A stretch of DNA of 64,000 bases, taken from NCBI GenBank assembly GCA_976226885.1, contig OZ320313.1, forward strand, positions 113,336,001 through 113,400,000, written 5' to 3'. This DNA comes from Iphione sp. A-MEVVRFRX5. Its lineage: Eukaryota. The position numbers were made by a program, and so were the translations under genes. The notes below the pieces were generated by a model. It was not told where the DNA came from, did not search any database, and saw only the letters and a program-made list of their open reading frames with translations. Positions 40,601-52,600 of the stretch are shown piece by piece. Every line of letters begins with the position of its first letter. The first letter of the stretch is position 1.

Positions 40601-43600
40601 CTCGTTAAGAGAAACAGTGGATGTCGAATCATTAACACAGTTTTCGACGAATGAAAGGAAATTCGGAAAGTTCAGTGAAAAAAAATCTTTGTCTATTTAT
40701 TTCAGCACATGTTAGCCATTTGGACTTTCTCCCACCAGCGACCTGAAATGATGATCATAGTAATTAAGTTTGGTGAAGGGTCAGCGCCTCTTTGTTTTCC
40801 TCAACACTAATCTTATAGGAAGAGACTACCAAATCTGCATGACTCCATCCTCTAATTAAGACTTCCTCTCCTCATGCATTTTTACAAAGCACCCAAGTCA
40901 CGCCGTAAGGAGGAATTCATATTATTCCCTACTTTTTAATAAACTAGTTGGCCTTTGATTTATGCACATACCTCATGTCAAGTTCAACAGGCAGCAGTAT
41001 TGTTCATACACACTCATATGTTGACATATGTTCCAGACGTTATCGCAATATATATTACCTTATATGTAAGTTTGAAACGGTAAGGATTCCGATTCGTGGC
41101 CATAAGTGTAAATTAGCTGCCTGTTTTCACTTTGGAAACAAACTAGATTTTAGTCAATTCACTTGAATCTTCAAGAACCAGGCCTGGGTTTACTATCGTG
41201 GTACGGTTTGCTTATCTAATCATCACTTTGTTTTGTTTTCAGTTCATAGCAACCTCCTTTGATTTGGATGACAACAAACCTACCTTTCTCCTTACTGACA
41301 TAAGCATGCCCCTTGCACCGGTCTTCCTGTCTGTCCTTCCTCGTCGCTGTTTAGACGTTCATCCTTCTCAAATCTAAATGTTTCCAGGTGTCTGGACGCC
41401 CGGTGCAAAACCTGATCTTGGAAAACACAGGGAAGTGCAAGAGGAGGAGGATCAGTTGGAGGAGACGAAGCCTGGCGCGAACGAGGCCAACAATGCCAGG
41501 CCACTGGTGTGGTCGCCGTCTGGTCAGCAGAGCCCATCTAAGAAGGAGTACCGGCCCGTGCGGATAGAGAGCGCCACTTTACCCAAGACGTCAGCGGACG
41601 CTGGCAAGGTCAGTTCATGTCTGCCCTCAGTAATTTCAGGTCGTGGGTCTAGTGCCCTACCTTCTAAGTGGCGGTAGATCTGTCAAAAGATTGATAACTT
41701 CAGAGATGGGATTGTAGATTGTCTTTTTTATGATAGTCGTGAGACATAGTGGTCGAGTGATGATAGCACTGTCACAGTGATAGTCGTCCTTATATATACG
41801 ACCAGAAAAAGCATTCATTTCTCTTTGGTCCCTCGCCTGATAGAGGGTGGGGGTCCCTAGGAATGCTGCTGTCCAAGCATCTGACCAGCCGTCAGTACAT
41901 GTATCTTGTTTTGTTCAGTTCAAAACCTTTATGTCCTGTGCATTGCCTTTTTGGTGTTTTATCACAGTACATATATGTATACAATGTACTTGTATTTGTT
42001 GTCCCCCGCCTCATAGAGGGGGGGACATTAGGAATGCTGTCAGCTGGTGTCCCGACCATCCGTCACACTGTTGTGGGTTTTATAAGTCTTAAACCCTTCA
42101 CTCAAAAAAACTGATTTTAATATATGATATTGGTATATATGGCCCCATGGCACTGGGTAATTTTGGTAGTAATTCAAATATTTTGAAGGTGAAATTATGC
42201 CAATTTTACTCTTTTCCTAACACACCTACAAACATACATACCTGGTTCAGGGGTTCCTAGGTCTGACAATGCACATACATACACACTCAATGCTCAGTCA
42301 TGCAGAACCGAGGGTTTGTAGCAGTCTGGTGCTCAGTGAGGCAGAACCGAGGGGGCTGTGCCCGGTCAGGCAGAACCGAGAGTTGTAAACCTGAAGGACT
42401 TAAATAAGTCTAGCCAACTACCCCCAAAACAAGCTGCCAATCAAAGTGGTTGTAAGGAGAGAGAGACCCTACACACACACACACACACACACACTCATTT
42501 CTCTCTCTTTCTCTCCCCCCCCCCCCCCCATCTTTATGGGCAGTTGATGGCGGGGGACAATAGACCTCACAGGTCCACAATCTTGTTACTGTCTGAATCT
42601 AAATTTAGTCCCTTTTCATATAATTCAAATCTGAAAAAGAAGAGGAAAAAGAGAATAAGTATGTAGGTGTTGCCATATGTACACATTGGGAGATCAATTT
42701 GCAGTTGCAATCTAGCATGAAACCTTGTGATCTACGGAACACACAACTAGCAAGGGAGGTGTGCCGTGAAACTGAATGGTTCTTGTTTAATAATACGTAA
42801 CCGCAAACTTAATATATGTTCATGTGTAGATAGTATCAAGAAAGCCTGAGAAAGAGGGAGAGATACCTCTCTGACTGAATGACTATCGTTCCAATGGATT
42901 ACACTTAAGAATGAGGATTTGGGAGATACTTCTACCTGGTTGAAGCCAAGAAAACCCTGGATATGAGTAGCTTTCGTGAAAATAGGAAAATCAGCCCCCC
43001 CCCCCCCCCCAAGGCACATGATACTTGTACCTGTATGTTGTGGAATGACTGCTATTAACGTCAAAACGAAAGATCCGTCCCTGCGTTATAACACCTAGTA
43101 CGCCTATATCCTTCCAGGGTGCCGACCTTCTTAAACCAGAGGATAGTTTCGCATGGAAGCCGAGCGGCCGCACCACAACGGCGACTAGCACGGGGACGAC
43201 AGTTACCATGACGACGACGACGCCGTCGCTAGCGCCGGCTGCCACGTCGCCCACCTGGAACGGAACCATCAGCCATTTCTCCGAGACGCGCAGCGGACTA
43301 CCCACACCGCAGAGCCCCACCATCACCCTCTTACAAAAGAGCAGAGGTAAGGCACATGTCATCGCTCGAGGTAGAGTGCACAGCTAGGAACAAGTACCCA
43401 CAGTGTCAAAATCACCATGCACACAACCCAGCACACTTGGCTCAAACAAGCAAACAAGATGTGGATTTTGATGATTATTACAATGTGCGTATATATATTA
43501 AGTTGTTTAGTTGATTTATGTCTTGTTATTCATTTGTTTCAATTGTGTTTCAAATAAACAAAATATAAATAATCTCATCACACAAAGACATGGTGACATT

Positions 43601-46600
43601 TTTCTAATACCTCTAATAACAGAGTTTTAACATCTTCGTTTGATGAGTAAATAATACGATTTTAAAAATATTTGATTTGAACAGCAAATCCTTACTCCAG
43701 ATAGTAATATTTTCCTACTTATTATTTGGTACCCTTTGGGTTTTCACAGAGTTACTACATGTATTTAGTGTAATATTAATGTCTTGTTTATGTGAACTAA
43801 GCTATGTAGATCTGCACACTGGAGAACATGATAAAAAAAAGTAGATGAACAATACACAGATCTAATTTCAGTTATTAATATTGAATTCTCTTGTAATTGA
43901 AAGCATCTGTTAATCACAATGATATTTTCTGTAGATGATTACATGTATACATGGATATACATGTATTCTCTATCATAGGAACTTCTGTTAGCGTCTCCTC
44001 TACCTGGGGTTCTTTTTATTCGTTGGTGTTTTAGTCAGATATAGATAAGTCTGTAGTATGTTGCTTTCGAGCCTAAGAATTTCACAGTTGCACCTCCAGC
44101 ATAACCTCTTATAAGCACAACGCAGAATTCCCTCTGTGTGTCTGCACTTTTCATTCTGGTGAACAGTATGCTTTAAATTAGTGATGACGGGTTGTCCTTT
44201 GGTTGACTTTCCTTTTTTTCCCAAAGCTTTATTTTGGGGTTTTTATTCGTCTCTTATAATTTCCTTTTTATTGAGTATAGCAAGACTCGAGCTTGCCCAC
44301 CAAGTTGTCAAAGTATACTATCGGTGTTTGCAGCGAAAAATTCGTACATCGCTCCTAGTGAATCAAGTTACACATTTAGCGAGTCGAGCGTGCCGCCCAG
44401 CGAGTCCAGTTTTGCCATGAGTGAGTGTAGTGAGATTAGTGAGACATGTAGCGAGCTTAGTGAGACCCGCTCGACAACGGACATTTCTGACATGAGTGGT
44501 CTCTACTGTGTGCTGCCCTATGGCACCAAGGACAAGTTAGCTGAGCTGCCCATCCAGCTGGCCAGTCAGCCGACCAGCCGACCTGCCGTAATAGTGGAGG
44601 AGGAGGTCCCTTCGTCTACCAGGAGCGCGCCCTGCTCCCCCCAGGTGGAGACGCGCAGCGAGCTGCTCAACCTCCGCAGCCCCGAGCCCAAGAGTGCCAC
44701 CAGCTCGCCCAGGATTAAGGTGAAGAAAGCGCCACCCCCGAAGGTAGCCGCCAAACCACAAAAGATCGTGGTGCCTCGTGTCCCATGGCGGCGACCCAAC
44801 GCCACGTTATGGGAGTCGGAGCATAACGGTCTTCCCGTGTGGATTGCCGAGCCCTGGATAGGGCAGAAGCCTACCTCGCCGACACCACGGACCATCGTGG
44901 CGGAGTCCAAGAAGACTCCCGAACCGCCCATGTCACCCATACCGGCCGAGGGGATAGCCGTCGGCGAGATTCATGTGACATCGACGAAGAGTGCGCCGTC
45001 CTCGCCGCAGGTGACGGTGAGGAGTCAAGCTCGATTGGACTCTCTGAAGCCCAAGAGTGAACCGTCGTCGCCGGCGACCACGAGGACCATCCGCACCACG
45101 ACTCCCGTACGTGGCGTCAAAGCGCGTCGACAGCAGATCGTACCCATGCCTGACCCCACCCCGGTACCCGTCGTCATCCCTTGCACACCGCCCGGCTCGC
45201 CGGCCACCAGCGCCCGCAGCTTTAGCCAGGCCAGCGATAGCCACAGCTTCATGGACTCGCCTCCCGAGTCGCCCGAGCCCGGCGATTTCAGATCGGACTG
45301 GCGGTTCCCACAGCAGCTACCAACCTTGCGGCGGAGCACGTCCAAACCCGAGCCGGTGCATGTGCCCTTGGAGAAGCTGAAGGACGTGCCGCTGGCCACG
45401 CCGGCGGGAGCGCGACGACCCGCCACCCCGCCACCGGAAAGGCTGCTCAGTAAGACGCCGCCCATCCGCCTGCAGCGCAGCAAGAGCACGCCGGACCACC
45501 GTAGGCATTCCGTGCTTTCCTTGTGTGGCCTCATCCTTACATTACAACAGCATGGTGTTCGATATAATCATCAACACACTGGGAGATTCAAATCAATATG
45601 CTTTTTTTCGGTGATGTTTTTTTTTTTGTACACAATGACAACAAAAAGCAAACATTCGATCCACCACATCAACCAGTTTAAAATCCTTTGTTCAGCGTGC
45701 AACCCACTGCGCGATAAAACAATTGATTTCCATTTCCCTTCGAGTGTTGACCTGGAACCTAGGTTCTATGTTGCCCTGCTCCATGGTAACACTGTATAAC
45801 ACTTGTTATATATTTTTTGAGGTGGTATAATTACCAATGCACAGAGCACGTATATCGTTTCACTCCCTGTTATCCCCGTTCAACGTTCATCCCAGCTTTT
45901 AATCGTTGGTTCCTGCGGGAGCCGTATTCCAGCGAAAGACACTGAGACTCATTTGTACGTGCGCTCCAGTTGACAGTCTTATGTATCCCTCGCGCCCGCC
46001 ATTCCCAGCCTCCAGTCCAACGTCCAACCCGCTTGTGTTGTGCACCATCCATGTCAACCACGTCTAACTGTGGCGCTGGCAATATCAGCAAACGCGGAAG
46101 TATTTCTCGTTCGTGAATGCTCGTTCGTTAACAATAGTTTCTCGGATGGCTTATTGTTTAATTAGCTTTGAACACGAAAGTTATTCTGATAGGACCATTT
46201 ATTAACCAACGTAGGGAAATCACAACAGTTAAAAAAATAGACAGGTATTTCTTAAAGCATTAATTATGTGAAAAAGTCTCCCTTTTCAAGAATGCCTTCC
46301 AGTTACTTAATGCCTTTTCACCTGTCAGCAAGGTTGGAATGTTTTATTTTCCTGTCATAATATGTGTCGTTGTAAAAGGACAAGGAAAACAACTTGTTAG
46401 AATTCTTCTGCTTTGCGAATAAATCCCCCCCCCCCCATCTTGGAAATATTTTACTATAATTTAGATTTTTCTCAGCGTAAAAACACGTCAGCATAACAGC
46501 AGGAAAACAGAGAAGTTGCTCTTCATCCTTCCAAGCAATTTTAATTTGTCTTTAGTTTAGAAGCACAGTTTCTCTGGTATTACAAGCAAACACTTTAGTT

Positions 46601-49600
46601 ACACTCTCTGGTGTATTCAGCTTACGTCCGCAGTTCATGACAGTGTGGGTGTAGCCAGTCATTCTCGTGGTCGTTAGATGAGTTTTCCTAGTAATAAGCT
46701 GCTCTTCATTTATGTATCAACTCACAGCTCATACTCTCAGTCTATCACATGCAGATAATAATCATACAGTAATGCACAGTATTTTAGATTTCATGGCACA
46801 GTATGTTCTTGATTTCTATTGATTTTCGAAAATAGTCCGTAGGGGATTTAATTTGATTTTAGTTAAGGCACCGTTGTCTCTTATCGTCAGAGGTTGTGGC
46901 ACCTAGGAAGTTATTACGACGTAAACTACATGGTTAGCCTTAAATGGCATCTGTCTCGCATGAACTAGTCCTCCGTGAACTTTCTTGAAGACAGTGTTTC
47001 TGTTCTGTTCTCTTCTTTTATCATTCATTATAGAGTTACCCGACTGTAAAGTCTACAGAATGAAATAGTTACAGAAGACATTTTCAGAAAATTAAACATA
47101 TACATGTACAGATTCACAAATATGTTCGGGGGGGGGGGGGGGGGCTCCTTGTCAGTGCTATGAAAAGGGAAGCCCGGAAATGATGCTGAAATTTTGGTGT
47201 TTTGTGTGCAGACAGATCATTTGACTTTTGGTTGGTTCATACCGGTCCAACAACATTTTTAGACTTTGAATGAAATGTTCCCTCCTCCGTTTGATATTGG
47301 TTTCTCCTTGTACACTTTAAACAGTTCATACTGTATTCGGTGCGTGCTGTACCGTATACACGTATACGCATACGTATGCCTACCGCCCGGTCTATCGAAG
47401 GAAAGATCAGCGTCTGTAATGTTGTAGAGCTTGGTGGGCACAGCGATAAGGGGGTATATGTACTTTCAGACGACGAGCCCACCAAAGACGTGCTGCCACC
47501 TGGTATGAGTTCTGTTATGGTCACTGGTAAGAGCCTCCGCCTGCCACTCCACACCCTCCTCCTCCGTGCGTCTTGCCTTCTCCTAACCGCTACCTAACAA
47601 CTACTGTAATCTATTAGCACTGCTTTAAGGAGTGTAATATTGGTGGCTTTCCGTTCAAAAGCCTTCGTTGTTATTCCCACCACTACCACAATGTCACTAG
47701 CACAACTATCTCTACTACCACTTGCTCTGTATACGTCACCACCACCAACACCACCACCACCATCGCTGACACGTCTACAGGGCACAGCCACCACCACCGC
47801 CACTACAGGTTACAGCCATTATTTTGGGAAATTTCCATCAAACAGCGATCATGTTAGTAATAACAGCTCTTCATGAAAAAAAAACCTGCAAGAGTTTCAT
47901 ATAGAGATACTCCGCCGAAATGTATCTTCACTTAGTTTTTATGTTTTGTTCCCCGAGTTTGGTTTCTTTTGTACTAATATAATTTCGAGTGATAAGTTAG
48001 CAAGACGCGAATCGAATATTTCTTGTCCCAGTCGTTTTTCTTTTGCACTGTATACGAAGTTATTTGGTATGTAAAGGCTGAACTGAAAAAAGTTTACTTT
48101 CAGTTTGTGTGTGTGTGAACTAGAATAGATTTTGCATTATTAGTGTAACTGTTCCATAAAGTTGCTTCTTTCAGCTTCTCTAGTGGACAAGCTGAGATAT
48201 CCTCACAGAATTAATGTTACCTTTTTAGGCATCGGTCAAGCATTCCTTTGTGATTACGTCATTGAAATATTTTGCACTTTTTGCTTTATCCCTTGGCTCT
48301 ATATTTTGTGTACCAATTAACCATTTACCACCAAATTACGAGGACTTCGGTAGCTGAACTAAGTTTAAATGGTGTTGGAAGGTTCCTGCTTTCAGACCCT
48401 TGCCATAAAATTTAGTACATACTCTATTTGATTTATTTATACTTACCAATCTGTCAATCATGCCGTTGAATAATATATGTAGAGATTAAAGATTTTAACT
48501 AGTCCTTTAATTTTTTGTGGTCATATGTGACCTTACTAATGAATATGAAAGTAAATATTTTGACAGGACGCCCCGTATGACCATGCTTTAATCTCTATGT
48601 GACCATCCTTTACGTGTGCGCGGTCTGGGCAACAGTTACACTTCATTCATTTTTCCTATTATGTCTTCCGTTTGGGTCATTTATTGTCAGCTTATCCTCT
48701 ACATTTGGCCTTTAAAACGCTGTGGGGACATTTAAATGTTTGTGTTGCATGTTTCTATTATTCCGTCATGCACAGTTGGGATTTTTAGCCTCTTCTCTCC
48801 CCCCGGTAATATTTTTGTTTTGTGATATTTTTTTTTATTTGCCGCCCAGTCTTAATCACGGACCTATAACAATCTTGAAGCCGAGTGGACAGGTAACGTA
48901 AGGATGGGTAGCAGTATACAGGATGGTCACGTCGAGCGGCCAGCTTGTTTAGGAGGGTAATGTTTTGTGTCAAGTATCATGTCGAGCACGCGTCCACACA
49001 TGTATGTCCCGCTATATATTCGAAGTTAGACATTGGTATGGTTTTAAGACTTGCCAGACTATAACTACACACCCACCTTTTGGAACTACACTGTACATAT
49101 ATGTATATATAATCCTCTTGCGACTTAAATATATAATCTTCTTACAAGTTTAAATAGATACCCCCAGAATCAGTCCCGATTACACTTGGTCTGGCTGTCT
49201 TTCAAGTACCATATGATAAGATGCTGAGTCCCAGGCAGTTCGGTGACGCTTCTATGAAGGTGACCTCACTGCCCTGTCTAAATCTGAACCCGGTAAGTTG
49301 GTACCATCGACTCTAGCTCGTACACTTGCTTGCAGAGGGCCAGCTGCCCAAGGGGGCAGTCTACATAGGCAGCAAGGAGACAGTGGACGGCGACGTGCAG
49401 CATACTGATTCGTACTACGTCCTGCCCGGGGAGACCACGACCAGCACGACGCGCGTGGAGAAGAAGGCCCCACGTTATGCCGGCGTCGGTCCCAAGGACA
49501 AGGACACAGGCATGCCTGTCAGCCTGAGAACGGTCAGTCCAAGATTACCACCCCCATCCCCCTCAACACACTCAATGTTGATTTTCCTTACAATAGTGTC

Positions 49601-52600
49601 TGAGGATATGAACACCCTCTTATCTTAGGTTAACTGCTTATTTCTGGTTTTGTGGTGGATGTGGGTCTGCAAACACTGGCAGTTACCGTTGCGCTGACAG
49701 GTGAACATATGAAAAAAATATCCTTTTTAATATTGTTCCATGACGCCAGTTCTGTTACTGCAAAATGACTTTGTAATCTCCCGCGACATAGGCAAGAATG
49801 CATCCATATAGGATATACATGTATCCAGATATTTAGAAATTAAAGGAAAAGGCCGACGTAACCTTGAAAGCTCTATACCCTTCTGACCCCTCTTGCTGAC
49901 TTTCTGCGCCCATCTGCCAGAAATATGCTGTTTGTATAAAAAGCTATTCCTTGTAGTAATCTTAGTGGCCCGCCGACTGAACTGTGGCAGGCTTCTAAAC
50001 CTCGGTCAGCCAGGACATTCAGTTATCAGGGAGAATACGACGTAGGTAACCGATAGGATCTTGATAGATACACATTGATTGATGAGATAAAAAAAGTCCT
50101 GTGGACATGCCGTTTAGGTATCTCCTGTTTCTTATTGATGCACAAAAACTACATACGAAATGGGAGCTCTTCTAGATAGTGCCACAAACCAGACTTCATA
50201 GCGTGCAGAAGGTTGCCTAAGTTCTATTGTTCTAAAGCGAACATTAAGATTGGTGACCTAGTTTCAACGTAGATATGACAGGATTTTAATTTAAGTCTGT
50301 ACGTTAAATCGAAATGCTGCTGGTATTCGAGATTCACATGGTACTTTATTGTCACAAATAACCGTAAATACAAAACTGGGTGGTCTTCCTCCAGACATCT
50401 TGGACGACAAATTATAATGACTCAGTGAGTAGTTTGAAGCCGTGCGCTGAACGTATACTTAAGGGATCTTGTCCATTCAATGAAAGGGTATATTGTACTG
50501 TATTTGCAAAGGTTTACAATTCTGAAGTCTGGACCGGTGATCAGTCACAACCGACAGACGATGCATCCAGCACTAGGTGCCCTAAAAATAACACATGCTG
50601 TGAAAGTGATATTCGCCCTGTGTGACCCCTCCCTGCTTGCCTTCTATACTACCAAACCACAGGAAATGATTTATACATATACACATATGTATATATATAT
50701 CATTTTTAATACCAGTGCTAGTCCCAGGTTCCGACCTGACTGATGACATATATATATATATATATATCGGACCATACCTAGAGAAATATTAAATCGCGGA
50801 ATATTTTGTGGTGGAAGGGCTGACCAGGACAACAATACCATCTACCGGTCTCAGCGGGTGCATATATCCGCGGCTCTAATAACTACCGTCCAGCAGCTAG
50901 CTTACCTACAGCGACCTTTGGCAACTGCTCAGCTACACCTGCTACTTGGCCGCTCGATTATTCGCCCGTGTGCGGATCCGTACCTTTTTGTTCAGCCTAC
51001 CTGAAACTGAACCTGTTCGGTTTTCACAGAGGTCGTTGATTTTGGCTGCGCTAAAACTTGGTTCGCTGGTGTCATGATAGCAACTGGAGCTGACTCGTGG
51101 CCCCCCTAACCCGTGTGTAGATGGTGGCACTTTCACCACGTCTGAGACAACCGTAGCATCCAGACGGAAGGAGGAACGATCATTGGATCTGGCAGCGAGT
51201 CAGGGACAGCGCGGCCGACCATTGGCATCGCCTCTCCATATTCCACTTTAAGAGAGGCCAGACCCCAAGTGTATTGTTCTGAGGCACCGGGTGCCGTCGT
51301 CCCGTAAAAAAAAGAAGAGGCCAGAAAGTCGGCATACACCGACGGCAGTGACAGAACCTATGGCTGTCCAAGGTATTTTGAGATCTTTTAGCCCGAGCCG
51401 CCAGGTCGGTGAATAGAGACAGTTGCAATTAGATCACCGCTAGGGTCAGGTTTATCACGCGTCGTTATTATAACTATACAAATCACGTGGGCTTCAGGCC
51501 AGACTTGTTGACCGCGAGCCATAAGTTGGTAGTCGGACATGACAGCGCTCCTCCAGGCTATAACGGAACAAGAGGGCCGCGGGTTTGAAACGCCTGCATT
51601 CTGCACCACTTCACGAGTCGTGTATCGGCAGTTTCCGTCGCGCACAGGAGCCGTACCCATACAAAAAGCCCCGCGATAAGGAGCTTATTGTGTGCAGGAT
51701 GATGGCGCACAGGCCCTTGACGGCAATAGTGGATTAACCAAGGTATTGAGAAGGTTGGCTTTTCATGCCGAAAGACCTGGTTACGGATTTACCGAAGAGC
51801 CCAGCTTTGCGTGCCTATGAACACATCGACGATCCTTTGTTTGTTGTTGTTGCTTTTTTTCTTTTTAACCACTGCATCTCCATCGATTTGGGAGACTACG
51901 GCCATTCGAGTGAGGGCCCGAAATGAATGTTTTATTGCTATAATGGTCGCAGGTGTGTGCATTATTCCTCGGTGGACGACGAAAAATTGACCGACTTGCA
52001 GTTGCTGGTATGAATGAATAGCTGGAGCAAATGCACACTCTAGGAGGATATCGACGAAGGGAGGAGGCACGGTGCACCGTTTAGTACAACGGCTTAGTCT
52101 GTGAGGAATTGTGGGCGGGCTATAATGGACATGGATTGTAATATGAAATACGTCCGTTGAATCAAGTATTTAAGACCAGTCTTGCATGGATTGCCCTGAC
52201 GTGGTTGGACCGACAAGTCTACCCCTGTGCGACCGTCTATATCACATCAGGTCCGAGCGGACCTTTGGTCAGCGGACCTCTCAGGGAGGTGTGTCAGCAG
52301 AGCTACGTGGACAGCCTTTACACCATTCCAGGAATCAAGTGCTTCTTTCCTTGGGACAACGTCAGCGAATTTCTACTAGCATCTGGAATTGTTGCACTGG
52401 TGCAAAGTGTTTTTGTTGATGTCGTAGCGATGTGTTGGTTCAAGAACGCGTAGAGAATGACACCATGAGCTCCACCTACACTAAACGGGGAGCTGGAACC
52501 CCCAAGGAGTGTCACTGTGTCCGCTGCCTTATTTTAGAGGAGGCGGAGGGAAAAAACAATCGCCGTCAGAGGCGCCACCGTCGACCCCTTCACACTAATG

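Noticed and set aside
38182-45534. Minus-strand ORFs overlapping the GC-rich exons (e.g. 38182-38607, 39893-40477, 42991-43362, 45025-45534)
   Set aside because: Antisense shadows of high-GC coding exons on the + strand.
49260-49292. Possible 33-nt microexon GDLTALSKSEP with gtaagt donor
   Set aside because: It would leave only a 43-nt intron before 49336, and the acceptor (aag) is poor.
50582-50597. Perfect MEF2 site CTAAAAATAA next to an E-box (also TTAAAAATAG at 26101)
   Set aside because: Attractive for a muscle gene, but roughly a dozen such 10-mers are expected by chance in 64 kb of AT-rich DNA.
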